A DNA stretch of 37,888 nt from NCBI GenBank assembly GCA_937897005.1, contig CALCOQ010000255.1, positions 1-37,888 of the forward strand, written 5' to 3'. The translations under genes were made by a program, and so were the position numbers. Position 1 is the first letter of the stretch. Each line of letters begins with the position of its first letter. Shown here piece after piece: positions 1-8,186 of the stretch. The notes below the pieces were generated by a model. It saw nothing but the letters and a program-made list of their open reading frames with translations, did no database searches and was not told the origin of the DNA. Origin of the DNA: an uncultured euryarchaeote (GTDB lineage: Archaea > Thermoplasmatota > Poseidoniia > Poseidoniales > Poseidoniaceae).

Positions 1-1
1 A

Positions 2-1378
2 CCCTCGTCGGCTGAAAATGGAACAACCGTGTTCTTCAGCGGCACCGCCTCAGACAGCGACGGTAGCATCGTGGCCTACCGGTGGGAATCATCGATTGAC
101 GGGGAACTGAGTACGGAGGAGGATTTCAGCCTCACCGGCAACCTCTCGCTTGGGCATCACGCCATCACGTTCCTAGTGCAGGACAACGACGGGGCGTGGA
201 GCAGCCCTCAGGGAAGCGGTGAAAACGGTTCTGTTCCGGGAATTTCACTCTGGGTCTACGCAGTGCCGATATCGATTGCCGGGGATAATGTCTCAACGAC
301 CACCGAAGTGCCAATCCAGTTCAACGGGCAGGGAATCGATGAGGACGGTAGCATCGCAAAGTACGAGTGGGATTTCGATGGCAACGGGGTTTACGACTGG
401 TCATCGACCGAGAACGGACTGACCACTTACATCTACAACAATGAAGGAACCTACACAGCAGTACTGAAGGTCACCGATGATGATGGCCATACAGCCACTG
501 ATTCACTCGTAATCACAGTCGCTGATGAGGTTGAGGAAGAAGGCGACGGATTCCTCTCCAACATAGCGCCGTTGGCCGCCATGGGCACCGTCGCCGTGGT
601 CGCGGTGGTCTTGATGATTCTAGCCGGTATGAGATTGTCCAAGAAGAGAGAGGATGACTCCGAAGACTTGGAAAAGGTGGCACAGAATTCTCAGAAGAGT
701 GGGCTGGGCTCCCGAATTCTGATGGGTCTCATCGGCTTCCTGATGTCACTTGTCATTGCAGCGGTCTCACTCTGGCATAGGTTCGAGATATCGAGCCTCG
801 ACTTGAGTGAAGACTCCCTCGCGCCGATTCGGGATTCGATAGGGACCCTCTCGACCCTGCTGTCATTGGTTATCGTCCTCGCGCTTGTGACTTTCATCTG
901 TTCGATTCTCACCTTCATCGGATTGGGATTCTCAAAGAAGGCACTGCTTGGCAGTAGCACGATCATGCTCGTTGTTCTGCTGGCATGCGTGTGGATGGAG
1001 TGGAGCATCGTCCAAACCTTGTTTGGAGATAATCCCGAAAACACCACTGATTGGCGAAGGAACCTCTCGACGATGCCACCGACACTCTTCGCTTACTGCA
1101 ACCTTGCAGGGTTGGCAGTCATGGCGTTGATTGCTCGGCTCAGTCGGGCAAAACCAGAGAGTACGCACGAAGAGGTCCAGCTGTCCCAAGAGGACGACTT
1201 CACTGAAGAAGTACCCATCTCCCCATCAACCGTGGAAACATTCCCCCTCGATTCTTCTGCACCACCTGCTGATGCGAGTGGTGAGTGGAGGGATGGCTAT
1301 GAATGGGTGGAACATCCTGCTGGCAGTGGAGAATGGTATTGGCGAGATGCAGGCACTGGTGAGTGGGTCAAACATTGA
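2..1378 (+). CDS. PKD-domain membrane protein, 5'-truncated by the window edge
   Basis: Frame open from base 2. PKD-like motifs (FSGTASDSDGSIVAYRW; YEWDFDGNG...Y.AVLKVTDDDG), about 5 hydrophobic segments and a Trp-rich C-terminal motif. Confidence 0.85.
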   Translation, partial: PSSAENGTTVFFSGTASDSDGSIVAYRWESSIDGELSTEEDFSLTGNLSLGHHAITFLVQDNDGAWSSPQGSGENGSVPGISLWVYAVPISIAGDNVSTTTEVPIQFNGQGIDEDGSIAKYEWDFDGNGVYDWSSTENGLTTYIYNNEGTYTAVLKVTDDDGHTATDSLVITVADEVEEEGDGFLSNIAPLAAMGTVAVVAVVLMILAGMRLSKKREDDSEDLEKVAQNSQKSGLGSRILMGLIGFLMSLVIAAVSLWHRFEISSLDLSEDSLAPIRDSIGTLSTLLSLVIVLALVTFICSILTFIGLGFSKKALLGSSTIMLVVLLACVWMEWSIVQTLFGDNPENTTDWRRNLSTMPPTLFAYCNLAGLAVMALIARLSRAKPESTHEEVQLSQEDDFTEEVPISPSTVETFPLDSSAPPADASGEWRDGYEWVEHPAGSGEWYWRDAGTGEWVKH

Positions 1379-1518
1379 ATGGGGCCCCCTCTGTACTGAT
1401 GGGTAGGTACTGAAGTACTCTACAAAGGAAGACACAATTGGTTCTAGAAGTGATATGATATAATCTGTGAGTTGATGAGAGATGGTTGATTGAGTAGAAT
1501 ATCCAAGTCTTCTTTGAT

Positions 1519-2622
1519 TCATGATGGGGACGGCCATGAAGGTGTGGGCCAGCCCAGACCTTTCCTGCTCCAACAACGCACCACGTCTCCACCCCAATCA
1601 AATTCATTGACAACCTCCAGGTCATTCGCTCTCAGATCCTCATTTGAAATTCCAAGCGGGACTCCCTGTTTGAATCGATGGTCGGTACTGATCAACACTG
1701 CTCGGTCCACCAGCCCCGCTCCAAGGAAATGCTTAGCAGTGCTTGGTCCACCCTCAAGCAATACTTCTTGGAAACCCTGGTCTCCTAACATTCTCAATAC
1801 CGCTTCTGGTGAGATGAAGCCATCTTCATCCGGGGCCATTCTTTTCGACCAATCAACCTCGTTCTCCTGAGAATGAAGAACAAGTGTTTCGTGCTCATCA
1901 TTGAGTAATCTGCAATCATGTGGAATGCGTAGAGTTCGGTCCATCACCACTCTGAGTGGCTGTTTTTCACTCTCAATTCTACGAATCGTCAAAGCGGGAT
2001 CATCCCGCTGTACCGTCTCAACTCCAATGATGATGGCATCTACCTCTTTCCTCAGATGATGTACTGCATCAAGTGATTCGACAGAAGTGAAACGTTTGGA
2101 GTCAGCAGCAAGGTCATCCACATTTCCATCAAAATCCATCGCTACCTTGAGCGTCACCAACGGACGCAGATTCTCACACCAGTGCAAGAAGGGTTGCATC
2201 TGAAAGGCTGCTTCGTCCAGTAACAATCCCTCTCTCACAACAATTCCTTCGTTTTCCAGAACATTGATTCCATTCCCACGAACTGTTGGATTAGGATCGC
2301 GATGAGCGATGACCACTTCCTTGATACCCGCCCACATCAAAGATTCCGTGCAAGGAGGTGTTCTACCGTGGTGATTGCAGGGCTCAAGGGTGACATATGC
2401 AGTACTCCCATTTGGAGAATGGCCCTTTTCCTCAGCATCGTGTATAGCCATCTGTTCAGCATGTAGCCCTCCTAGATGATCATGCCATCCTTCGGCTATG
2501 ACCTTTCCATTCTTGACCAAGACACATCCAACGAGGGGATTGGGGCGTACTTTGCCTCTACCTCGCTCTGCGACCTTGATGGCATGAGCCATGAACGACA
2601 TCTCCTCGGAAGACCACGACAT
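1519..2622 (-). CDS. ribD: Bifunctional riboflavin biosynthesis deaminase/reductase RibD
   Basis: PNPLVGCV, HAE and TLEPCNHHGRTPPC deaminase motifs; DAIIIG..TV..DDP.LT and EGGP reductase motifs. ATG 2622 has a GAGGTGA SD. Confidence 0.95.
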   Translation of the reverse strand: MSWSSEEMSFMAHAIKVAERGRGKVRPNPLVGCVLVKNGKVIAEGWHDHLGGLHAEQMAIHDAEEKGHSPNGSTAYVTLEPCNHHGRTPPCTESLMWAGIKEVVIAHRDPNPTVRGNGINVLENEGIVVREGLLLDEAAFQMQPFLHWCENLRPLVTLKVAMDFDGNVDDLAADSKRFTSVESLDAVHHLRKEVDAIIIGVETVQRDDPALTIRRIESEKQPLRVVMDRTLRIPHDCRLLNDEHETLVLHSQENEVDWSKRMAPDEDGFISPEAVLRMLGDQGFQEVLLEGGPSTAKHFLGAGLVDRAVLISTDHRFKQGVPLGISNEDLRANDLEVVNEFDWGGDVVRCWSRKGLGWPTPSWPSPS

Positions 2623-2700
2623 GAGATTCACCTCTCCGAGCGGCCCGCCCCTGAAGAGGACATCGACTCATTCAAGACTCGACCGCCTCCTGCACATTGT

Positions 2701-3735
2701 ATGGGTGTAATGCACTGCATCATCAATCCCGTAGGGCGTGATGGCAGTACTGGCAAACGTTGGCCGACCATCCTTTCACGGTTGGAGTCCGGGGGCTGGG
2801 ATGTAACAGCCCACATCACCGAAAGAGTCGGACACGCAACGGAAATCGCATGGAGACTACGACAGGAATTCGAAGAACTGAACGAAAAGCCACTGCTGGT
2901 TGCCGTTGGTGGTGATGGGACGGTTCACGAAGTGGCAAGTGCCCTGAGGGGAAGTGAATTCATTTTGGGAATCATTCCCACAGGTTCTGGCAACGATATG
3001 GCGATGGCGCATGGCCTACACAGAAAGAAGCTGGATCTATCGATTGAAACACTGACCCATGGTGTTGACCGAGATGTCGGTGCTTTGAGATTAGAAGGGC
3101 TGCCTGCCCCTTCTGTGAAGGGATATCCTGCTCCCGAAGCACGTGAATGCGATGGTCCAGTGGAAGAAGAGGGAAAAGTGGTAAGATGGGTATTCCTCGA
3201 ATCTGATGGTGGAGTGACCTCGATGACCAGCCGAGCGAAACTCACGCGCGGCAAGTGGATTCGTGGCAGTCTGAAATATACCTATCTCGGTTTGACCGAG
3301 GTGCTGCGATGGAAGAAGAAGATGGCTTGGGTCAAGATTGACGATGAGGAACCGATGAAGGGAGACCTTTCGGTCATGGCTTTCACCATGAGTGAGACTT
3401 TTGGTGGTGGCTATCGCGTTTGTCCAGGTGCCAACCCTACAAATCCCCATGGACACTTGATAATCGGATTCAATCTATCAAAATTGAAGATGATTCGACT
3501 GATGGGGCCACTGCGTAAAGGGACTCATATTGGAAGATTCAACATCGAATACAGAAATGCAAAGAGGCTACAGATCAAGGCGCTCGATAGCGATGGTGAA
3601 GTGAGCGATGGACCTCATTCTCCAATACTGTATATCCAAGCAGATGGAGAGCCATGCATTCAAACTCCAGCGACCTTGGAATTCCATCCCCAACAATTGA
3701 GGGTTAGAGGAGCTCAGGTCGTAGCTTGGGAATGA
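2701..3735 (+). CDS. Diacylglycerol/lipid kinase family protein (YegS/DagK-like)
   Basis: IINPVG, VAVGGDGTVHEV, IIPTGSGND, FGGG and QADGE motifs. Start moved to ATG 2701 because the upstream frame overlaps ribD. Confidence 0.92.
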   Translation: MGVMHCIINPVGRDGSTGKRWPTILSRLESGGWDVTAHITERVGHATEIAWRLRQEFEELNEKPLLVAVGGDGTVHEVASALRGSEFILGIIPTGSGNDMAMAHGLHRKKLDLSIETLTHGVDRDVGALRLEGLPAPSVKGYPAPEARECDGPVEEEGKVVRWVFLESDGGVTSMTSRAKLTRGKWIRGSLKYTYLGLTEVLRWKKKMAWVKIDDEEPMKGDLSVMAFTMSETFGGGYRVCPGANPTNPHGHLIIGFNLSKLKMIRLMGPLRKGTHIGRFNIEYRNAKRLQIKALDSDGEVSDGPHSPILYIQADGEPCIQTPATLEFHPQQLRVRGAQVVAWE

Positions 3736-5205
3736 TCAAAACGAGAAGTCAGAGAAGTCATCATCATCTGACACCGAAGGCTTTCTCCTTTTCGGCGCTT
3801 CTTGTGGTTGTTGTTGTCCACCACTTTCTTGACGTGCCTGTCGCTTTTTCTGTGGAGGCCCTCGTGAACGTGCTTGTTGCTCACTTCGCGGAGGTGTTCT
3901 TTCACGCCTTGGTGGAGAGGAACTTTCTCTGACTGGAGGAGCCGCCTGTTCTCTCCTTCCACCACCACCGCCCGGTGGAGCCCTTGCCGCAGGTTGTTGA
4001 CCACCAACGATACTGTCAACCAGACCCGAAGAGGCTTGAATATCCTCGAGTTTCTCATCCATATCAATCGCTTCATCGGTCACCAGAACTGAACCACCGC
4101 TCATCTCAACCGTACTGGAAGAAATGCTCGGGCCTGATTCGAGAATATTGTCAAGGCTGAATCCCTTGATATCCTCCTCCGCAACCTTCGAAGTCGGGCG
4201 GCTGCCACCCTTGCTGCGCTTTGACTTGGTTATCTCAAGTCCATCTTCTCGCGCATCCTTGATTTCTTTCTTGATACCTTTAGCCTTGGAAACACGCTCT
4301 TCACCAAGCAACATCGAAGCGGCAGAAGCAGCGCTCTTGCGCTGCATTGCTGTTGAGACACCAAACAGAACAAAGGCGCCACCGCCACCAATAGCCATCA
4401 ATGAGATCATGTACATCCATCGACCTATTATTGGAACATCTCCATTGACCCATTCATCCGAACTTTCACCAGACATGGAGATGATCATATCTTCACCTAA
4501 CTGAATCTTCTCAACAAGGAAGACTTCACCTCCAGGTCCCTTTGACAATCGACATTGGATATCCTCAGGCACCTTTCCTCCAATTTTCAATGCGTTTCCG
4601 AGAGAGCTGTTCTCCTCTTTGGTAAGGAAATAACCCGTCATCCTTACTGGAGTATGCCAATCGAATGCATTCAATCCAAAGAGAATATTCTCATTCGCAG
4701 GAATCAATCCTAGTGTCATGTATCCTGTGTTCTTGTCTAATTTCGGTTCACCCAATGTTCTCGGGGCCAAAGGATTGGCCTTACCACCGGTAACAGGGTC
4801 GCCGAAATCCTTGACATCAACCCTCAATGCATTAGCAGGTAATATCCCCAGAGCCATATCAAAAGACATCAATTCGATGATGGCTACAGTAGTGACACCC
4901 ATCAAAAGGTCATCATCGTCCCCGGCCTCATCCGCACTCCATGAATAGTGATGGAATTGGGACAACCATCCTTCGACGACAAAGGCCTCACTATCATTAC
5001 CGCAACCCGTCTTGGTCGCTGTCATCGAATGTAAAGTACCACCTTCCGTCAATCTAGAATCAATGGTGACCTGTGAATCGTTCACTTTCACCGTGATTTC
5101 CCCTGATTCATCGCCCCATTCTGGCATGTTGGAGCCAACACAACCAGATAACGGTGCGAACAGCATGACCAACATGACCGCAATTACCACTCGGCGGGTC
5201 CGCAT
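3736..5205 (-). CDS. Hypothetical membrane protein (lipobox-like signal, one internal TM, low-complexity C-tail)
   Basis: MRTRR+hydrophobic+LSGC N-terminus; TM WMYMISLMAIGGGGAFVLFG; R/P/Q/G-rich tail ending DDDDFSDFSF. Confidence 0.8.
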   Translation of the reverse strand: MRTRRVVIAVMLVMLFAPLSGCVGSNMPEWGDESGEITVKVNDSQVTIDSRLTEGGTLHSMTATKTGCGNDSEAFVVEGWLSQFHHYSWSADEAGDDDDLLMGVTTVAIIELMSFDMALGILPANALRVDVKDFGDPVTGGKANPLAPRTLGEPKLDKNTGYMTLGLIPANENILFGLNAFDWHTPVRMTGYFLTKEENSSLGNALKIGGKVPEDIQCRLSKGPGGEVFLVEKIQLGEDMIISMSGESSDEWVNGDVPIIGRWMYMISLMAIGGGGAFVLFGVSTAMQRKSAASAASMLLGEERVSKAKGIKKEIKDAREDGLEITKSKRSKGGSRPTSKVAEEDIKGFSLDNILESGPSISSSTVEMSGGSVLVTDEAIDMDEKLEDIQASSGLVDSIVGGQQPAARAPPGGGGGRREQAAPPVRESSSPPRRERTPPRSEQQARSRGPPQKKRQARQESGGQQQPQEAPKRRKPSVSDDDDFSDFSF

Positions 5206-5282
5206 TAGTTGCCCGAGGCGCGGCCTGATTTGAAAAACAATCGTTTGCTTCACTTCTCAAAAGAGCCCTGTTAACCTGCGTA

Positions 5283-5288
5283 TTGAAG
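5283..5288 (+). promoter_or_regulatory. Putative TATA-like box (TTGAAG) of tRNA-Ser
   Basis: Lies 26 nt before the tRNA 5' end and matches a motif found at the same spacing before many genes here. Confidence 0.45.
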
Positions 5289-5314
5289 ACCGGTCAGGGG
5301 CTCGCAGTGCCATT

Positions 5315-5396
5315 GCGGAGATCGCATAGCCTGGTATTGCGCCGGATTTGAAATCCGGTGGTGTACGCCGCGGGAGTTCAAATCTCCCTCTCCGCG
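5315..5396 (+). tRNA. tRNA-Ser(UGA)
   Basis: Acceptor stem GCGGAGA/TCTCCGC, discriminator G, anticodon arm CCGGA-TT-TGA-AA-TCCGG, long variable arm, T arm GGGAG-TTCAAAT-CTCCC; no encoded CCA or intron. Confidence 0.95.
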
Positions 5397-5397
5397 C

Positions 5398-6594
5398 TCA
5401 TTCTCGCCTATTCTGAAGCGCTATGGCGGCCAAAATCATGGTGACCAGAGAGAGAAAAATCCCTGCAGCAGGGGTTGAATGGTCATCTTCATGATCTCCA
5501 TCTTCTGTCAGCAGAGTGTTGACATCGCCCACTAGATTCTCTGCAGGCCATTCATCACCGAGAAAAGCGATGCGTCTGTCTAATTCTTCATCAAGAATGA
5601 ATGTGATTGTATTGTGCCCAACGGTGTAATTGACTATCTCCACCTCTTCATGACCTGTCTCTTCCTCATGGGAATGAGAGTCTTCCGATTGATTTGAATC
5701 CGTTTCATTATCATCAGTCTCGTGACTATGAGAATGCGCCAGTGCAGAAGTTGGGTCAGGAAGTGCAGAGATATCCGAAATATTGGCTGCCCAAGCGATA
5801 TGTGTCATTTCATTCACCTCAAGAGAATCAATACCGACCGAAGATTCTTCCCAGACAGTATTGCTCATATTCCAAATATACAGCTTCCACCACCAAGAAT
5901 AGTCATCTGGAACATCGCTCCCATTGATTCCTTCAACGCTGTGCCCCCATTCCTCATGATACGAATAATTGAGTGAAACATTGCTTGTATTCAATGCCAT
6001 GGTCGTCAGATTCCATCCCGTGGAGTTCTCAGCCATCATATCAGCCATCACTCCATGCAACTCTGTGGAATTATCTGGATAAAGTATCGAAACATGATTC
6101 ATGCTGACTTCGGTATGTGATTCAATGAATGTCCTGTCAACAAGAATACCGAAATTAGACCATACCTGCTCCAAGTCTTCTCTAGTGCCGGAAAGGTGTG
6201 GCCAATCGACCATGTGAATATCTGCATATTCAGACATCCGTTCCTGAGTATCATACTCAGGGTCCAAAGTCACTGAGACGAAGTGCACATCATTCTCCAT
6301 CTTGTCGCCAAGGTCTGTCTCAACCTGCCTCAATTTTGAAGTGATCAAAGGGCAGGTGTCCGTACATCGAGTAAAAATAAAACTGACCACCACAAGGTCT
6401 CCTTCCAGACTGGAAAGAGTGAAATTCTCTCCATCTTGATCGATGAGGGTGAAATCACCAGCATTGCCATTGGCCAATGGAGTCCCGTTGTAGTGCTCAC
6501 CATGGATATCTTCGGATGGAGAACCTTCCAGACATCCAGCCATACTGGCAAACACCAACATCAAACCGATCAGAAGGCCACGAACAAGCAACAT
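5398..6594 (-). CDS. SCO1/SenC copper chaperone with an inserted DUF4430-like domain and C-terminal anchor
   Basis: SMAGC lipobox-like signal; DFTLIDQDG, FIFTRCTDTCP (CxxxC), VTLDPEYDT and distal YTVGH motifs; directly downstream of the cox genes. Confidence 0.92.
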   Translation of the reverse strand: MLLVRGLLIGLMLVFASMAGCLEGSPSEDIHGEHYNGTPLANGNAGDFTLIDQDGENFTLSSLEGDLVVVSFIFTRCTDTCPLITSKLRQVETDLGDKMENDVHFVSVTLDPEYDTQERMSEYADIHMVDWPHLSGTREDLEQVWSNFGILVDRTFIESHTEVSMNHVSILYPDNSTELHGVMADMMAENSTGWNLTTMALNTSNVSLNYSYHEEWGHSVEGINGSDVPDDYSWWWKLYIWNMSNTVWEESSVGIDSLEVNEMTHIAWAANISDISALPDPTSALAHSHSHETDDNETDSNQSEDSHSHEEETGHEEVEIVNYTVGHNTITFILDEELDRRIAFLGDEWPAENLVGDVNTLLTEDGDHEDDHSTPAAGIFLSLVTMILAAIALQNRRE

Positions 6595-6647
6595 CTTGCC
6601 ACCTACTCCAAGGCCTTCGATATGAAAATTACCCTGATATGTTGCTC

Positions 6648-7031
6648 TTACTTGAGCCATGGAGGAAGACACCAACTTGGTAGTTCATCAACTCCCCCAG
6701 GATTGGAAAGGCCAATGCCATACAACATCAGCATCACGAAGAACAGTGGGAAGACTGCAGTCTTGGTGTAAATGAAAGGGTCGCCTTTCAAATGCATGAA
6801 AAAGCCTGCAATTCCGTAAACCTTGATCAATCCAACTCCAATGAGAATCGCCCAGGTCAACAGCTTTGCATTCTCCAATGTAGTATCAAAGACTTTTACC
6901 CAATCAATGTAAACCGCGGCTACTTCGATGACGGTCAATACCATCAGAGCGATGAAATTCCAGAAATAGATATCTTTGCCAGTCTTGTCCATTAGCCACT
7001 TTTCCAGTCCAGTTGCTGCATGTTCTCCCAT
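6648..7031 (-). CDS. Cytochrome c oxidase subunit IV (COX4_pro family)
   Basis: Three TM segments, LTVIEV and FFMHLKGD motifs, position after cox3. Confidence 0.88.
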   Translation of the reverse strand: MGEHAATGLEKWLMDKTGKDIYFWNFIALMVLTVIEVAAVYIDWVKVFDTTLENAKLLTWAILIGVGLIKVYGIAGFFMHLKGDPFIYTKTAVFPLFFVMLMLYGIGLSNPGGVDELPSWCLPPWLK

Positions 7032-7043
7032 TCAAACACCTCC

Positions 7044-8186
7044 TCAATACAGATAAAACGCGGGGAATATAGCAACCCAAGCCAAGTCAACGAAGTGCCA
7101 GTACAGGCCAAAGTACTCTATGCTCTGTGAGTTTTCAGGTTGCCAGCCATCATTGTGGGCCTTGAAACAGAAGAAGCAGAGGAAAATCAAACCAACGAAT
7201 ACGTGGAAACCGTGTGCCCCTGTTGAAACATAGAAGATGGAACCAGCCAGGCTGGATTTGACAGTGAAGTCTTCGCCATAGATGAGGTGCTCCCATTCAA
7301 TGAGTTTGAAAATCAGGAAAAGAGTCCCAAGAGCCAGTGTTGCCAGCAGATTGTTTCGAACTGCTCGACGTCGGTCTGGCATCCACATGCGGATCCACTT
7401 GTTCTTTGAAGGGATGAACTCCTGCGCCTTGGCTGACTTCAGGGCAAGCACAACGGTGTAGGAAGAGAGAATCAGAGCAAATGTGTTGATCGCTCCAGGT
7501 AATAAAGTCATGAAACTATGAGTCACGTATTCCGATGCGACTATGACATAATTCTCAGAACATGTGGGGAGGGCGCTTCCAGATTCAAGCATTGAATTAC
7601 ATTCTTCATTCCAGTGGGTCGACCACCCCATACGCATCCGTAGATACGAACTGAAGAATGAACCGAAGATCAACACTTCTGACATCAGGAAAACCCACAG
7701 TCCGACCTTGCGCACATCCTGACCCTTGTATGGTTGGCCAAGGGATTTCATCTCGTCCTTTCCATCATTGGGATAATCCTCTCTCCACCAGTTGAAAGCA
7801 CCGAGGAAGATGACCAACAATCCGAATCCAAGAATAGTGTACGACTCCACGAAACCATAGAGGAACAACATCGTTCCAACACCGATGATGATAGGTGAGA
7901 ATGAGCCGTGGTGGCCGTATGCATCATGGCCGTGGTCATCAGATCCATGATCATCGCCACCTCCTGCTTCGACTGAACTGTTGACCAGACCTGCTATCAC
8001 TCCCATCATTCCATAGAGTCCAATGAGAATGGTTGCTACACGACCTCCGGTCCAGATAGCATGTGAATGAGTAACTGAATACCCGATGAATGAAAGTGTA
8101 AGAACCCCACCCGCTACGCCAAGAAGCAACAGGCCAAGGCCGACACTACCCATCCATGGGCTTTCTTGATGTGAATTGGCGCTCAT
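7044..8186 (-). CDS. coxC: Heme-copper oxidase subunit III
   Basis: GLWVFLMSEVLIFGSFF, INTFALILSS, TGAHGFHV, GLYWHFVDLAW...FP motifs. Confidence 0.95.
   Translation of the reverse strand: MSANSHQESPWMGSVGLGLLLLGVAGGVLTLSFIGYSVTHSHAIWTGGRVATILIGLYGMMGVIAGLVNSSVEAGGGDDHGSDDHGHDAYGHHGSFSPIIIGVGTMLFLYGFVESYTILGFGLLVIFLGAFNWWREDYPNDGKDEMKSLGQPYKGQDVRKVGLWVFLMSEVLIFGSFFSSYLRMRMGWSTHWNEECNSMLESGSALPTCSENYVIVASEYVTHSFMTLLPGAINTFALILSSYTVVLALKSAKAQEFIPSKNKWIRMWMPDRRRAVRNNLLATLALGTLFLIFKLIEWEHLIYGEDFTVKSSLAGSIFYVSTGAHGFHVFVGLIFLCFFCFKAHNDGWQPENSQSIEYFGLYWHFVDLAWVAIFPAFYLY

Noticed and set aside
1450..1480. dif-like site (ATGATATAA-TCTGTG...)
   Set aside because: Left arm resembles archaeal dif, but no complementary TTATATC right arm follows.
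2476..2700. Long N-terminal extensions in the ORF track (lipid kinase; likewise SCO, PUA, ilvE, polB, H1-like)
   Set aside because: They overlap neighbouring genes or promoters; family motifs and upstream signals point to downstream starts.
5315..5396. Suppressor/selenocysteine tRNA or tRNA-Leu
   Set aside because: Anticodon 5'-UGA-3' reads UCA (Ser); 7-bp acceptor stem and G discriminator fit ordinary tRNA-Ser.
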